Part shown: positions 18,653-29,664 of the stretch, one piece after another | How the letters are laid out: the number at the start of each line of letters is the position of its first letter | Numbering within the stretch: position 1 is the first letter of the stretch | Assembly (NCBI GenBank): GCA_024405635.1 | Contig: JAKSOL010000009.1 | Location: 1-64,000 of the forward strand | Origin: Salinivirgaceae bacterium | GTDB taxonomy: Bacteria; Bacteroidota; Bacteroidia; Bacteroidales; SZUA-534 | Length of the DNA: 64,000 nt | Direction: 5' to 3' | The notes under the pieces: model-generated | What the model saw: only the letters and a program-made list of their open reading frames with translations | Databases searched by the model: none | Told to the model about the DNA's origin: nothing | Program-made: the position numbers and the translations under genes

Positions 18653-19993
18653 TTATCGACGCATTTGCGGCATATTCTGCATCATGGCTGCCATTTTTTT
18701 AGCGCCGCCATTGCTCATCATTTTCATCACCTTGCGTGTATCTTCAAATTGTTTCATTAATCGGTTCACTTCTTGAATGCTAGTTCCGCTACCTGCGGCA
18801 ATTCGTTTGCGGCGACTTCCGTTTATAACATCGGGTTGTTCGCGCTCGCCTGGTGTCATTGAGTTAATAATAGCCTCAATTCCTTTAAATGCATTATCGT
18901 CAACGTCAACATCTTTCAGCATTTTTCCCATTCCGGGAATCATTGAAGCAAGGTCTTTAAGGTTACCCATTTTTTTCACTTGCTGAATTTGTTGCATAAA
19001 GTCGTTAAAGTTGAATTGGTTTTTGGCGATTTTCTTTTGAAGTTCACGTGCCTCTTCAGCATCGAACTGCTCTTGCGCACGTTCAACCAACGACACGATA
19101 TCGCCCATTCCAAGAATACGGTCGGCCATACGGTCGGGGTGGAAAACATCAAGCGCATCGAGTTTTTCGCCTGTTCCCACAAACTTTATTGGTTTGTTTA
19201 CTACCGAACGAATTGACAATGCCGCACCACCGCGTGTATCGCCATCAAGTTTTGTAAGTACAACGCCGTCAAAATCTAATCGATCGTTAAACTCTTTGGC
19301 TGTGTTTACTGCATCTTGACCAGTCATTGAATCGACCACAAACAATGTTTCGTGAGGTTCAACGGCTTTTTTAATAGCCGCAATCTCGTTCATCATTTGC
19401 TCATCTACGGCCAAACGACCAGCAGTATCGACTATAACTAAGTCAAACGATTTTTGTTTAGCGTATTTAATACCGTTTGTTGCTATTTTAACAGGATCGG
19501 TGCATCCTTCTTCGGTATAAACCTCAACCCCAATTTGTTCGCCCAACACTTTCAATTGGTCGATAGCAGCTGGACGATAAACGTCGCCAGCAATAAGCAA
19601 TGGATTTTTGCCTTTTTTGGTTTTTAATCGGTTGGCTAGTTTTCCAGAGAAGGTTGTTTTACCAGAACCTTGCAAACCAGCAATAAGCACCACGGTAGGA
19701 TTGCCTTTCATGTTCACATCGATTGACTGCGAACCCATAAGTTCAACAAGTTCATCGTGAACAATTTTTACCATTAACTGACCTGGTTTGATTGATGTGA
19801 GCACGTTTTGGCCAAGTGCTTTTTGCTTAACCGTATCGGTAAATGTTTTTGCTGTTTTGTAGTTTACGTCGGCATCAAGCAAGGCTTTACGAACCTCTTT
19901 TAGAGTTTCGGCCACGTTGATTTCGGTAATTTTGCCCTCGCCTTTCAGCAATTTGAAAGAGCGTTCGAGTTTTTCTGAAAGATTTTCAAACAT
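18653..19993 (-). CDS. ffh: Signal recognition particle protein
   Basis: [25 protein letters not shown]-domain [11 protein letters not shown]. Confidence 0.98.
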   Translation of the reverse strand: MFENLSEKLERSFKLLKGEGKITEINVAETLKEVRKALLDADVNYKTAKTFTDTVKQKALGQNVLTSIKPGQLMVKIVHDELVELMGSQSIDVNMKGNPTVVLIAGLQGSGKTTFSGKLANRLKTKKGKNPLLIAGDVYRPAAIDQLKVLGEQIGVEVYTEEGCTDPVKIATNGIKYAKQKSFDLVIVDTAGRLAVDEQMMNEIAAIKKAVEPHETLFVVDSMTGQDAVNTAKEFNDRLDFDGVVLTKLDGDTRGGAALSIRSVVNKPIKFVGTGEKLDALDVFHPDRMADRILGMGDIVSLVERAQEQFDAEEARELQKKIAKNQFNFNDFMQQIQQVKKMGNLKDLASMIPGMGKMLKDVDVDDNAFKGIEAIINSMTPGEREQPDVINGSRRKRIAAGSGTSIQEVNRLMKQFEDTRKVMKMMSNGGAKKMAAMMQNMPQMRR

Positions 19994-20057
19994 ATATTTG
20001 TGTAAATCAATTAATTATCGCACAAGATTGCTTTGTTTCTTTTTATTGCAAAGCGCA

Positions 20058-20065
20058 CAAAAGTA
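20058..20065 (-). promoter_or_regulatory. -7 promoter element TACTTTTG (ffh-folD)
   Basis: Matches TAnnTTTG upstream of ffh. Confidence 0.55.
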
Positions 20066-20152
20066 ATGAAAATTGCGCCAAAAAAAACCATGCTCGTCTG
20101 TTGGGCGCTTGTGCGATTTGTTATTTTCGCACCAAACTAAATTATTATTGAC

Positions 20153-20464
20153 ATGCAAGATCAAAATCAACAAAACAAACTAAATATTGAATTGAGCGAA
20201 GATATGGCTCAAGGTATCTATTCAAACTTAGCTGTTATAACACATTCGGGTACCGAATTTGTGCTCGATTTTATTAGTATGATGCCTGGAGTGCCAAAAG
20301 CTCACGTTAAATCGCGAATTGTAGTTGCTCCCGAAAATGCCAAAAGACTTTTGATGGCTTTGCAAGACAATGTTGCCAAATACGAGGCTCAATATGGCCC
20401 TATTCGCCAAAACGACAACGGAAATGCTCCAATGAATTTTGGCGTCCCAACTGCTAAGGCGTAG
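20153..20464 (+). CDS. DUF3467 family protein
   Basis: GIYSNLAVITHS..EFVLDF...PG...A.VKSRI pattern. Confidence 0.88.
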   Translation: MQDQNQQNKLNIELSEDMAQGIYSNLAVITHSGTEFVLDFISMMPGVPKAHVKSRIVVAPENAKRLLMALQDNVAKYEAQYGPIRQNDNGNAPMNFGVPTAKA

Positions 20465-20492
20465 GCGCTGGTCTTCAGGCTCTAACAACAAA

Positions 20493-20527
20493 AAAAGCTC
20501 CCATTCTTATTTGAATTGAGAGCTTTT
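20493..20527. terminator. Bidirectional terminator
   Basis: AAAAGCTC...GAGCTTTT stem between convergent genes. Confidence 0.6.
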
Positions 20528-20548
20528 GTTTTTTATAATCAACTGCTT

Positions 20549-21400
20549 TTATTGCACCACAATAACCAAGTATTTTGATGCTCGCCAAAACTCTTCGTAA
20601 TTTGTAACAACAAGGCTATCAACTAATTTGTCGCCATATATTTTATACGCCGATGTTGAATGAGCTGTAACCACATTGGCTTTTTTGGTTGAAAGTGGAA
20701 ACGTTAGAGTTTTACGAATATCGATTATTGTAAAAACATCGTGATTGAACTCGTTCACTGCTCTGCGGCTTCCAAGAGCAAATTTGCCACGTTTATCAAG
20801 CACACCTACATCTTTTAACTCGCGCTCTGAGCCAATAATATAATAGCCCGTGTGCAAATCGGCATCTTGGCGAGCAATGGTTGCCTCGTTTTCAATTCGG
20901 CGCCCAAGTTCCTGATTCAATGCCGAATCGAGCAAACAGACATTAATATTCATCTCTTCCAATCGCTGACGGAGCGATGCTATTTCTGCATCTTTAGCCT
21001 CTATTTTAGCAACTAGTTGGTCTATCGATTTTTGTAAATCGGCATTTTTAATATTCGCCCTATTAAGCAATTGTTGTAGGTTCTCAACTCGGTTACGATT
21101 ATCGAGCATCATTTTGTAAATCAAGTTAATATCGTTATTGATGCTCTCCTCGTTGTTTGCGCCTTCAATACCTTTTGCGTTTATTGTAATAATAGACTCT
21201 TGCTGTTTAATACTATTCAAATTTGACTCAATGGTAGCAAAAGTGTTGGCCATTGCCGATATAACCGAATCGCGAACTTTAAGTTCACTTAGTAACTGTT
21301 TATTTACAGTGCTCAACTCTGAATTACTGCTCACATTTGGCTGAAAATCTTGACATTGCACCAACAACAACGCCATAAAAGGAATAATTAGTTTTTTCAT
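20549..21400 (-). CDS. Coiled-coil lipoprotein of unknown function
   Basis: Signal ending LVQC from ATG 21400; long heptad region; C-terminal YYIIG..EL and FW..SKYLVI; TATATTTG at 21423-21430. Confidence 0.8.
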   Translation of the reverse strand: MKKLIIPFMALLLVQCQDFQPNVSSNSELSTVNKQLLSELKVRDSVISAMANTFATIESNLNSIKQQESIITINAKGIEGANNEESINNDINLIYKMMLDNRNRVENLQQLLNRANIKNADLQKSIDQLVAKIEAKDAEIASLRQRLEEMNINVCLLDSALNQELGRRIENEATIARQDADLHTGYYIIGSERELKDVGVLDKRGKFALGSRRAVNEFNHDVFTIIDIRKTLTFPLSTKKANVVTAHSTSAYKIYGDKLVDSLVVTNYEEFWRASKYLVIVVQ

Positions 21401-21601
21401 TTTTTCTCGCAATTTGTTGTTACAAATATAACTGCACTGACGATTTGATTTTTCATTCTTCGTCATAAAAGAACTTCAAATTTCAATTGTATTGCTTTGC
21501 TGAAAAATGGTGAAAAACTCAACTTTAAGCATCAGCATGAAAAATATACTTTTACACCAACAAATTGGGCATGGCACTCAATAGCGAAACACATAGTCAA
21601 C

Positions 21602-22447
21602 TTGAATCATAAAGCACTACATATCATTACATTGCTTGCTTTTGTTGCAACTTTTTTTGCCAATTGCGGAGAAGAGTACGAGGCTAACATTTTTGAGAAC
21701 GGCAAACTCAAGGTTGTAATTGAGGGGCAGTTAATCGACTCTACGGGAGTGAGTTATGTTAGGGTTACGCAAGCTGCTGGAATAACCGATTCGGTTGAAT
21801 ACTTTCCTATTGACAATGCTGAAGTGAGCATTACTGACCGTCGTGGGCATCGGTACAACATGATTAACACTCAAAACGGATATTACCGCAACTACGATTT
21901 AATTGGCAATGTTGACCAAACATATCTATTACATGTAAAAATTGGCAACGAGGTTTATTATTCGCACGCAAAAATGCCGCCACCAGTTCTACTCGATTCA
22001 ATATCAATGAACTACAACAAGACATTTAATTTTCGCGACACCATTGGATACTACATCACTTTGCACTCTTCGCGTAACGACGACACTGTTCAATACTATC
22101 GCATACGCCTGAAAGTAAGGGGCAAAGAAGTTGATGCTCCATCAAATATGATGCTGTATGAAGATGCTCACCAATTGAACAAATATAGCATGCAGCTACC
22201 GTTTAGTTTTGCTGAAAACGACACTGTAAGCATAACTATATACTCGCTCACTAGCACAGCATACGAGTATTATTCATCGTTGCAAAAACTTTACAACAAG
22301 CAATATAGCAACATTCAACCACCCTCCATCAACCCCACAAGCAACATAGTTGGCGATGCTTTGGGCATTTTTCAAACGTCGGCCATATCGACCTATAGTA
22401 TTGTAATTGATGCTCGACCAATGATTTATCTGCATGCGAAAAAGTGA
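21602..22447 (+). CDS. DUF4249 family lipoprotein
   Basis: Lipobox FANC, VVIEG.L, AYEYY.SL, P.SNI.G.ALG.F; TTG start at 21602 inferred (ORF opens at 21497). Confidence 0.8.
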   Translation: MNHKALHIITLLAFVATFFANCGEEYEANIFENGKLKVVIEGQLIDSTGVSYVRVTQAAGITDSVEYFPIDNAEVSITDRRGHRYNMINTQNGYYRNYDLIGNVDQTYLLHVKIGNEVYYSHAKMPPPVLLDSISMNYNKTFNFRDTIGYYITLHSSRNDDTVQYYRIRLKVRGKEVDAPSNMMLYEDAHQLNKYSMQLPFSFAENDTVSITIYSLTSTAYEYYSSLQKLYNKQYSNIQPPSINPTSNIVGDALGIFQTSAISTYSIVIDARPMIYLHAKK

Positions 22448-22664
22448 CACAACCACAAGCAAATCATATCTTAACTATAACTCAAAAAAAAAGCCTTCTA
22501 TATTGGTCTACCAACGTACAGATACTAACAATTTGCAATAAAAAACGTTTCATAAGTGTTCTACTTTCGGCAAAAATGGTAGGCTTTATATATTACCTTG
22601 GTGCTTAGTTAAGGTTATAGCACCAAAACGTATATCATTTTGAGAATCAATAAAATAAAACAAT

Positions 22665-23645
22665 ATGAAAACAATAGCAATAGTTTGCGGCGGATACTCA
22701 AAAGAAGAGATTATTTCGCAACGCAGTGCCCAGCAAATAGCCGAGGTTATTAACGATGTTTACAATATTTATCGTGTGGTAATTGCACGTAACCGTTGGT
22801 ATGCAGTTGCAGGCGTCCAAGAAATTGACATTGACCGCAACGATTTTTCGTTTAACCTAAACGGAAAGAAAGTGGTGTTTGATGCAGTATTTATGGCAAT
22901 TCATGGTACACCGGGCGAAGATGGCATGCTTCAATCGTATTTTGACATGGTTGGCTTACCATACACATCGTGCAATGCGTTTGTTTCGGCACTCACTTTC
23001 AACAAATTCGCATGCAAGGTTTTTCTTAAAGAATATGGAATTCCTACTGCCGATGCAATTATTTTGCGCAAAGGGCAAACCATTACAAACGAAGAACTTG
23101 AAAAACGTTTTGGCTTTCCAATGTTTATTAAACCAAACAATGGCGGCTCAAGCTTTGGCGTTACCAAAGTAAAGCAATCTGCCGACATACAACCAGCCAT
23201 TGAGCGTGCTTTTGATGGCGACACCGAAATTATAATAGAACCTTTTATTGATGGCGGCGAACTCACTTGCGGCGTTTTCAAATCGAGCAAAGACAACATT
23301 GTTTTCCCTCCTACCGAAATTGTGAGCAAAAAAGAATTTTTTGACTACGAAGCCAAATACACTCCAGGTCTTTCAGAAGAAATTACACCTGCTCGTTTAA
23401 GCGACGAACAAATGGCAAAAGTTCAAAATCGCACATCGCTTATTTACGACCTTCTAGGTTGCAACGGTGTGGTTCGCATCGACTATTTGATGCGCAACGG
23501 CGAGTTCTATTTTATGGAAATCAACACAGTGCCAGGAATGAGCAAACAATCCATAATTCCTAAACAAACCGAAGTTTACGGCCTACCGCTAAAAGAACTT
23601 TACATCAAACTGATTGACGATGCTATTGAAAGAGCTGGAAAATAG
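22665..23645 (+). CDS. ddl: D-alanine-D-alanine ligase
   Basis: HGTPGEDG, GSSFG, FDYEAKY, EINTVPG. Confidence 0.96.
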   Translation: MKTIAIVCGGYSKEEIISQRSAQQIAEVINDVYNIYRVVIARNRWYAVAGVQEIDIDRNDFSFNLNGKKVVFDAVFMAIHGTPGEDGMLQSYFDMVGLPYTSCNAFVSALTFNKFACKVFLKEYGIPTADAIILRKGQTITNEELEKRFGFPMFIKPNNGGSSFGVTKVKQSADIQPAIERAFDGDTEIIIEPFIDGGELTCGVFKSSKDNIVFPPTEIVSKKEFFDYEAKYTPGLSEEITPARLSDEQMAKVQNRTSLIYDLLGCNGVVRIDYLMRNGEFYFMEINTVPGMSKQSIIPKQTEVYGLPLKELYIKLIDDAIERAGK

Positions 23646-23690
23646 CCAATTCTAACTACTTAAATCGAAAAAGCATACCTATTATATTAC

Positions 23691-23729
23691 ACCCCGAAAG
23701 ACGTCGTAAAACTTTCGGGGTTATTTTTT
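23691..23729 (+). terminator. Intrinsic terminator after ddl
   Basis: ACCCCGAAAG...CTTTCGGGGT stem then T-run. Confidence 0.75.
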
Positions 23730-23799
23730 CAATATTTTTTTCAAATCGGTGTAGTTTTTAGAAACAATTTGCGACTAATAGAGCAAAAAAGGCCATTAA

Positions 23800-24285
23800 A
23801 TGAATGCAAAAGAGAAAGAATTCGCAAGGTTAATAAGCGAACACAAGGAGACGATTTACACCATCTGCTTGATGAACGCCGCCGACCAAGACGAAGCACA
23901 AGACATAATGCAAGAAGTGCTAATAAACCTTTGGCGGTCGCTAAACTCCTACAGGGGCGAATGCAACATACGCACATGGATTTGGCGCATCAGCACAAAC
24001 ACTTGCATAACGTATTACCGAAAAGAAAAGAAACAACGCGAAACGCTGAAACTCGATGTGCAAGACTTGCTAAAAGTTGACGACGAAGACAATCGACAAA
24101 TACAAATGCTTCACAACCGAGTATATAGGTTACGCCCATTTGACCGCGCAGTTGTTCTTCTTTGGATGGAAAACCTAAGCTACGAAGAGATTGGCCAAAT
24201 TTTAGGCATCTCAGCAAAAAATGTTTCAGTTCGACTATTTCGCATCAAGGAACAATTACGCCAAATGTCAAACCCTGAAAACTAA
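23800..24285 (+). CDS. ECF RNA polymerase sigma factor
   Basis: Region 2 DIMQEV..LW, TWIWRI..NT; region 4 LSYEEIG.ILG...VSVRLFR. Confidence 0.93.
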   Translation: MNAKEKEFARLISEHKETIYTICLMNAADQDEAQDIMQEVLINLWRSLNSYRGECNIRTWIWRISTNTCITYYRKEKKQRETLKLDVQDLLKVDDEDNRQIQMLHNRVYRLRPFDRAVVLLWMENLSYEEIGQILGISAKNVSVRLFRIKEQLRQMSNPEN

Positions 24286-24291
24286 CTGATT

Positions 24292-24840
24292 ATGGAAGAC
24301 AACAACATACAAGAGCTATTACAGCTCAAGGAGCAAATGATAGTTCTAAAAAAGCAACTGAATAACAACACCATTATTAATAACGAGCGAATAATTAGTG
24401 TTACTAAAATCCACAATCCGCGCAATAAGAGAAAAAAATGGATTTGGGGGATATTGATTGGTGCTGCCATTACATCTAACATATTCCCTTCAATGGTAAA
24501 TGTCAATGGCATTTGGCTAAAGATTTCACTTGCATTAATAGGTATATTTGGTCTAATAACATACTCTGCTCTTGTTTTTGGCGCAGGCGATAAATATTAC
24601 ATTGAAAACGGATTGCTAATAGTAAAGAATTGTTTTCTGCTATTAGGCAAACACATTGTTGTTAGCATCCCCATTTCGTCAATTCGATACGTTAGGATAA
24701 TGAAAAAAACTACAATTAAACATTCGCTAGAAATATGCTACAACAAATACGACATGTATTGCATTGACCCTAAGGATATAAACAAATTAATTTACGATCT
24801 AACATGCATTAATCCCGAAATTGAAATTAGACACAAATAA
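24292..24840 (+). CDS. Putative anti-sigma membrane protein with PH-like C-terminal domain
   Basis: 6 nt after ECF gene; N-terminal helix, 2 TMs, IPISSI..V and LEI.YNKYD...IDP pattern. Confidence 0.6.
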   Translation: MEDNNIQELLQLKEQMIVLKKQLNNNTIINNERIISVTKIHNPRNKRKKWIWGILIGAAITSNIFPSMVNVNGIWLKISLALIGIFGLITYSALVFGAGDKYYIENGLLIVKNCFLLLGKHIVVSIPISSIRYVRIMKKTTIKHSLEICYNKYDMYCIDPKDINKLIYDLTCINPEIEIRHK

Positions 24841-24876
24841 CACATACATCATTAAACCAATTGACCGCAAAAGAAA

Positions 24877-24908
24877 AAGCCCCGTACCGGAGTTCCGATA
24901 CGGGGCTT
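24877..24908 (-). terminator. Terminator of the isomerase gene
   Basis: AAGCCCCGTA...TACGGGGCTT stem with A-run on the left. Confidence 0.7.
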
Positions 24909-24930
24909 AAATATTATCTAACTAATTGAA

Positions 24931-26406
24931 TTAGATTGCGAAAGGATTTTCACCTGGATAAAGTTGTCCAGCAGCCAAAGGAGTGTTGATATCCTCAACA
25001 CCAAGCAAGTGAAGAGCCTCAAACAAAATTTTGCCAACATTCTTGAATGCGTATGCACCATGGTGTGGGAAGCGTTTTCCAACAAGCACGTGACGATAGA
25101 AGCGAGCGAATCCTGGGATTGCAGCAACGCCAATACCACCGAATGAGCATGGATCAATGTCAAGGAAGTGACCCTCAGCAATGTAGCTTACTAGTTTGCT
25201 ATCTGAATTTGATTGCAAACGGAACATTGTGGTTGCACTTGGTTTAATTTGACCCTCAAGAGTACCTTTTGTAATATCTGGGCTCATCAAACGAGCTTGG
25301 ATAAGTTGGTATTTAATTTTGCAATCTTTCATGCACTCAGCGCAGGTGTTACCGCAGTGGAAGCCCATGTAAAGGTCTTGTTTGCTAGCACCTTTAAGAT
25401 CTGCCCCTGAAGGGATAACATCGTCTGGAACAGAGTTGTTAATGTCAAGAAGAGTTGCAGGCATTTCAGAAGCGCACTCTGCCATGTATTCAGAAACTGC
25501 ACCATAAAGGTCAACCTCGCAAGCTACTGGAATACCACGACCAGTAAGGCGTGAGTTTACATAGCAAGGCTCAAAGTGGAATACAGGTTGCCAAGCTGGC
25601 CAGCATTTGTTAGCAAATACTGCATAGTTTGAAGCACCGCGGTTGTTCTCGTACCAGTCAAGAAGAGCAAGTTCGAGTTGAGCCATTTTGTTGATGATTT
25701 CAGGATATGTGTTACGGTTGCCAAGTTCTTTCTCCATATCAGCAGCAATAGCTTTGATTTTTGAAGATTTTCTTGCCATTTTGTCGAACTGAACTTTCAA
25801 GTCAAGCTCTGAGTTTTCTTGAACCTCAACGCCAAGATCATAAAGAGGTTGAATTGGAGCGTTGCAAGCCAAGAAGTCGAATGGACGAGGACCGAAGCCG
25901 AACACTTTAAGGTTTTTCAAACCGATAACAACACGAGCGATGTGACGGAAATCAGCAAGTTCTTTAACAGCCTCTGCTGGTGTTACGTTTGGATACTCTG
26001 GGATATAAACTTTCAAGCGACGCAAACCTACGTTGTAAGAGAAGTTAAGAACACCGCAAAGAGCATCGCCACGGTCTGATGCAAGGTTTGCTTTACCTTC
26101 TTCTTTTGCAGCCAAAACCATAGCTGGGCCTTGGAACTTTTGAACAAACATTGTTGTTGGGCCCTCTGGACCGAAGTTACCAAGGAACATGCAAACAGCA
26201 TTGATGCCGTTTTTCTTTGCCCAATCAAGGGCTTTCATTGTGTCTTTTTCGTTTTCGATGGTTACTGGGCAGTCATAAACTTCAGGAAGAGCTGCCTTTT
26301 GAACCTCTGCCATTAAGGCTGCCATACGAGCTTTGGTAAGTTCAACTGGGAAGCAGTCGCGGCTAACGCCTACAATACCAAGCTTTACTACTGGTTGATT
26401 GATCAT
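24931..26406 (-). CDS. L-fucose/L-arabinose isomerase family protein
   Basis: VSRDCFP, GNFGPE, RGDA.CG, KCWP, ACEVD, GFHCGN, FPHH motifs. Confidence 0.88.
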   Translation of the reverse strand: MINQPVVKLGIVGVSRDCFPVELTKARMAALMAEVQKAALPEVYDCPVTIENEKDTMKALDWAKKNGINAVCMFLGNFGPEGPTTMFVQKFQGPAMVLAAKEEGKANLASDRGDALCGVLNFSYNVGLRRLKVYIPEYPNVTPAEAVKELADFRHIARVVIGLKNLKVFGFGPRPFDFLACNAPIQPLYDLGVEVQENSELDLKVQFDKMARKSSKIKAIAADMEKELGNRNTYPEIINKMAQLELALLDWYENNRGASNYAVFANKCWPAWQPVFHFEPCYVNSRLTGRGIPVACEVDLYGAVSEYMAECASEMPATLLDINNSVPDDVIPSGADLKGASKQDLYMGFHCGNTCAECMKDCKIKYQLIQARLMSPDITKGTLEGQIKPSATTMFRLQSNSDSKLVSYIAEGHFLDIDPCSFGGIGVAAIPGFARFYRHVLVGKRFPHHGAYAFKNVGKILFEALHLLGVEDINTPLAAGQLYPGENPFAI

Positions 26407-26773
26407 AATTCTTAATTTTTTGGTGTTTATTATCTTTTTATCGTTTTTGTCTGCGGCAGAAAAAGGTCTGTCGCTTGGACAGACGAAGAAACAAAGTTTT
26501 TTTGATTAAATAACATTTCTCAAATAAAACTTTTTGAAAAAAATATGACTAGTGCGAAATATCAGTATCAAAACACCATTTCGCAATCATTTTGCAGCCA
26601 TATTATGCTCTTTTAGCGCTGTTAATCGGTTTTTTGATAACAATGTTGGCTAAATCGGATTTGAAAAAACATAGCTTTCGTCACACCCATTTTGTTTCGC
26701 ATCTGAACGCCTACTTTAATTACCTCAAACTTGTTATTTTTGTTACGATTATAAACTTTTAAAACTACTTGAT

Positions 26774-27208
26774 ATGAAGCGATTATTTGTTTTTGGTCTT
26801 TCTGCCCTTTTACTTTCTGCTTGTGGAAACAACTCATCTGCAAGTAAATCTGAAAATAGCATCAGCAACATGAAACTTGCAATTGTTGAACTAAACGGAA
26901 CCGAACTGGTCAACAATGTGAACGACTCGCAACCTCAAATATTATTTATTGCCGACAGCAAAACTGTTTCGGCATCAGTAGGCTGTAACACAATAAACGC
27001 AACATACAGCGAAAATGGCAACGGCAAACTATCTATCGAAATGGCCTTGTCTACAAAAATGGCTTGTCCCGACGAACTGCGCGAAGATGAATTTGTTGAC
27101 GCTTTTAACAAAATTGCCACTTACTCATTTGATGGCGATTTTGTTGTTTTCATTGATTCGGAAAACAACGTATTATTTAAATGCTCAAAAATTGAAAATT
27201 GCAAATAA
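26774..27208 (+). CDS. META (HslJ-like) domain lipoprotein
   Basis: Lipobox LSAC, GCN, STKMACP. Confidence 0.88.
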   Translation: MKRLFVFGLSALLLSACGNNSSASKSENSISNMKLAIVELNGTELVNNVNDSQPQILFIADSKTVSASVGCNTINATYSENGNGKLSIEMALSTKMACPDELREDEFVDAFNKIATYSFDGDFVVFIDSENNVLFKCSKIENCK

Positions 27209-27261
27209 ACTCAGCATACTTTGCCACTATTAAACAACACTACAATATAAAAATGTAAAAT

Positions 27262-29631
27262 ATGAAAAGACTTTTACTACTAATTGCCACAATGTCAGCA
27301 TTTGCTGCATGGGCTCAAAGTCCAGTTAAGCCTGTAAAAGCATTAACCGACAACAACCCTATTAACCCATTTAACTACTGCGCCGACCCTACTGCGGTTG
27401 AATATAACGGACGCTTGTATGTTTATGGAACCAACGACCACCAACAATTTGACTACACAAAGGGCAAAAAAGATAATGACTATGGTCAAATACGCTCAAT
27501 TGTGGTAATGTCAACCGAAGATATGGTAAACTGGACATGGCACGGCGCCATTGACATGGCCGCAGTGTGCAAAGGATGGATAGCATGCTCATGGGCACCA
27601 TCAATCACTAGCCGAGTTGAAGCCGACGGCCTTACACACTTTTACCTATACTTTGCAAATAGCGGTGGCGGTGTAGGCGTTGTAACAGCAACATCGCCAC
27701 TTGGTCCTTGGAGCGACCCATTGGGACATCCACTAATTACTTATCAAACACCCGGACTTGGCGACTGCTGTTGGCCATTTGACCCAGGAGTGGTTATTGA
27801 CGAGAGCGGAACAGGTTGGCTCGCCTTTGGTGGTGGCGACCCAAAAGCATCAGATGCTACAGCACTAATGCCACGCAACACTCGCCTTGTGAAATTGGGC
27901 GACGACATGATTTCGTTTGCGAGCGACATTATTGAGCTTCCAACACCTTATCATTTTGAAGCTAGCGAGTTGAATATAATTGGCGGAAAATTTGTGTACT
28001 CATACTGCACCAGTTGGGCTGACCGTGTTGATGCAGATTGGGCAACATACTCAACCACCGTTGCTAAACCAACAACTTGCAGCATGTGCTACATGACATC
28101 AACCGACCCACTCAATCCCAACAGTTGGATTTACGAAGGTCAATTCTTCTCAAATCCAGGCGATTACGACGGCTTTTCGTGGGGAAACAATCATACTCAC
28201 TTCCAAAAATTTAAAGGCAAATACTACCTTATTTATCACAACAAAGCTTTAGGTAAAGCTACAGGTTACAATAATGGATACCGCTCGTTAGCTATAAACG
28301 AAATGGAGGTTGACGAAGTAAATGTTAAAATTCCTTTGATGAAATCAGCTCCAGCAGCTGGCCCTGCCCAAATTGTTGAGTCGCGCCCAAATATTGAGCA
28401 ACTACAACAAGCTGCAACCATTTGGAACGCATCGGGCGTGAACATGAAATTTAACGACACCAAAGAAAAACAAGTGGTAAGCTCCATTAAAATGGGAGGC
28501 TGGACTGCAGTTAAACAAGTTGTTGCCAACAACGATGTAAAATCGTTCAGTGCTAAACTTAAAGGCACCGGTGTGCTTGAAGTTCGCGTTGACGGTTTGG
28601 ACGCAGAAGCAATTGCAAAAATTGAATTCTCAAGCACTGAATTTGCAAATTATAGCGTTAATCTTACCAAATCGCTTAATGGCGTTCACAACATTTTCTT
28701 TGTTTTCACCCGTTCCGATAACGAAAAAGTTGAGTTTGAAGAGTGGCAGTTTAACAGCATCGCGATTGCTGAAAACACTGCATCAACATACGATTTTGAA
28801 AACACTGCGCTAGGCTCATACACAGCTTTTGGTGCAACTGACAAGGCTGCCATTGTTGCAAATCCAATTGTTTGCGACGTAAATCAATCAGCACAAGTTC
28901 TTCAAGTGTCGCCTACCGCTATTGGCGCTTCACTATTAACACTTGGTGTTCCTGCAAATTACGAAATTGCATCAATCAAGTTCGACTTTGTAAATTTGGG
29001 TATCACTAATGATAACACACCTATCCAAGCAAAAATTACCGATGCCGAAGGCAATGATTTGAGCCAAAGCACATTACTATCGGGCACCGACTGGGTTTCG
29101 GCATCAATCGACCTAAAAAATGCTGGTTCTTACAACTCAATCAACATTGCGTTTAACGGCATTGGCGATTCGTTCTGCATCGACAACATTGTTCTTGTGG
29201 GCAAAAAAGGCGATATGCCCGACGAACCAACCTACTGCATTACCGTTGTTGCAAACGACACTGCACTTGGTTCAGTTAGTTATGAGATTGAAGGCTACGC
29301 CGACCTTACAGCATTGCATGTTGGCGATTACTTTACCGTTACCGCCACACCAAAAGACAACTGCAAGTTTGTTAAATGGAGCGACGGCTTGACCAAAAAC
29401 CCTCGCCGTTATACCGTTGGCGTTTCTGATGCAAAACTTACAGCCTATTTTGATAAGCTATTCCCCGATGCAATTAATACCAACCTTGCAACTGACGAGG
29501 TTATAAGCATTGAACGTTTTGACATAACTGGCCGTCGTTTGTTGGAACCTGAAAATGGAATCAACATTATTCGCAAAACTTACAAAAGTGGCCGCGTTGC
29601 TAGCGAAAAAGTATTTGTAAACATTAAATAG
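27262..29631 (+). CDS. GH43 arabinofuranosidase/xylosidase (XynD-like) with CBM6-like module and T9SS-type C-terminus
   Basis: ADP, FDP, FEA catalytic motifs; CSWAPS; NNH; CBM6-like LEVRVDG..GVHNIFFVF; C-terminal FDITGRRL..GINI..K. Confidence 0.88.
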   Translation: MKRLLLLIATMSAFAAWAQSPVKPVKALTDNNPINPFNYCADPTAVEYNGRLYVYGTNDHQQFDYTKGKKDNDYGQIRSIVVMSTEDMVNWTWHGAIDMAAVCKGWIACSWAPSITSRVEADGLTHFYLYFANSGGGVGVVTATSPLGPWSDPLGHPLITYQTPGLGDCCWPFDPGVVIDESGTGWLAFGGGDPKASDATALMPRNTRLVKLGDDMISFASDIIELPTPYHFEASELNIIGGKFVYSYCTSWADRVDADWATYSTTVAKPTTCSMCYMTSTDPLNPNSWIYEGQFFSNPGDYDGFSWGNNHTHFQKFKGKYYLIYHNKALGKATGYNNGYRSLAINEMEVDEVNVKIPLMKSAPAAGPAQIVESRPNIEQLQQAATIWNASGVNMKFNDTKEKQVVSSIKMGGWTAVKQVVANNDVKSFSAKLKGTGVLEVRVDGLDAEAIAKIEFSSTEFANYSVNLTKSLNGVHNIFFVFTRSDNEKVEFEEWQFNSIAIAENTASTYDFENTALGSYTAFGATDKAAIVANPIVCDVNQSAQVLQVSPTAIGASLLTLGVPANYEIASIKFDFVNLGITNDNTPIQAKITDAEGNDLSQSTLLSGTDWVSASIDLKNAGSYNSINIAFNGIGDSFCIDNIVLVGKKGDMPDEPTYCITVVANDTALGSVSYEIEGYADLTALHVGDYFTVTATPKDNCKFVKWSDGLTKNPRRYTVGVSDAKLTAYFDKLFPDAINTNLATDEVISIERFDITGRRLLEPENGINIIRKTYKSGRVASEKVFVNIK

Positions 29632-29664
29632 GTAACGGAGCTACTACTCCATCCTTTACACTCA

